Of a stretch of 64,000 nt of DNA, positions 63,067 to 64,000 are shown in pieces. The stretch is from the NCBI RefSeq assembly GCF_009914755.1, contig NC_060932.1; one strand, written 5' to 3'. Source of the DNA: the human T2T-CHM13v2.0 reference genome, Homo sapiens. Position 1 is the first letter of the stretch, and each line of letters opens with the position of its first letter. The notes beneath the pieces were generated by a model. The model worked only from the letters and a program-made list of their open reading frames with translations, was not told where the DNA came from and searched no databases. The translations under genes and the position numbers were made by a program.

Positions 63067-64000
63067 TTTTTTTTATTATTATTATTATTATACTTTAAGT
63101 TTTAGGGTACATGTGCAACGTGCAGGTTTGTTACATGTGTATACATGTGCCATGTTGGTGTGCTGCTCCCATTAACTCTTCATTTAACATTAGGTATATC
63201 TCCTAATGTTATCATTTTCCCCTCCCCCCACCCCACAACAGGCCCCAGTGTGTGATGTTCCCCTTCCTGTGTCCTGTGTTCTCATTGTTCAATTCCCACC
63301 TATGAGTGAGAACATGCGGTGTTTGGTTTTTTGTCCTTGTGATAGTTTGCTGAGAATGATGGTTTCCAGCTTCATCCATGTCCCTACAAAGAACATGAAC
63401 TCATCATTTTTTATGGCTGCATAGTATTCCATGGTGTATATGTGCTACATTTTCTTAATCCAGTCTATCATTGGTGGACATTTGGCTTGGTTCCAAATCT
63501 TTGCTATTGTGAATAGTGCTGCAATAAACATACGTGTGCATGTGTCTTTATAGCAGCATGTTTTATAATCCTTTGGGTATATACCCAGTAATGGGATGGC
63601 TGAGTCAAATGGTATTTCTAGTTCTAGATCCCTGAGGAATCGCCACACTGACTTCCACAACGGTTGAACTAGTTTACAGTCCCACCAACAGTGTAAAAGT
63701 GTTCCTATTTCTCCACATCCTCTCCAGCATCTGTTGTTTCCTGACTTTTTAATGATCGCCATTCTAACTGGTGTGAGATGGTATCTCATTGTGGTTTTGA
63801 TTTGCATTTCTTTGATGGGCAGTGATGATGAGCATTTTTTCATGTGTATTTTAGCTGCATAAATGTCTTCTTTTGAGAAGTGTCTGTTCATATCCTTTGC
63901 CCACTTTTTGATGGGGTTGTTTGTTTTTTTCTTATAAATTTGTTTGAGGTCATTGTAGATTCTGGATATTAGCCCTTTTCCAGATGAGTAGATTGCAAAA
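63067..64000 (-). mobile_element. L1PA4-like 3' end, continuing off the right edge
   Basis: ttattatactttaagttttagggtacatgtgc...; ORF2 C-terminal cysteine-rich peptide at 63445-63891. Confidence 0.92.

Overview
Primate (human or great-ape-like) non-coding, AT-rich, L1-dense DNA. I find no intact protein-coding gene, RNA gene or CRISPR array; the longer ORFs in the track are mostly L1 or pseudogene fragments. Two processed pseudogenes dominate. (1) A full-length XRCC6/Ku70 retrocopy (minus strand, 39451-41541) inserted into ORF1 of an L1PA10-like element that also hosts a THE1 LTR and a younger L1PA4. (2) A full-length SRPK2 retrocopy (47537-51549) with a twin-priming 5' inversion, an apparent non-canonical kinase-domain exon, a retained CpG-rich 5'UTR and an AluY in its polyA signal. 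From memory this pair matches XRCC6P4/SRPK2P in an NKAIN3 intron at human 8q12.3 (not verified). The rest is L1, Alu, L2, MIR, MaLR/ERVL LTRs, Tigger3/MER5 and microsatellites. I see no evidence of a new gene system. The unusual signals are mechanistic: up to three twin-priming inversions, a short L1 3' transduction, three non-consensus variants shared by two L1PA4 copies 29.2 kb apart, a 125-bp inverted duplication in unique DNA, and several small locally templated insertion scars. Repeat subfamily names come from recalled consensus sequences and need RepeatMasker/Dfam confirmation.
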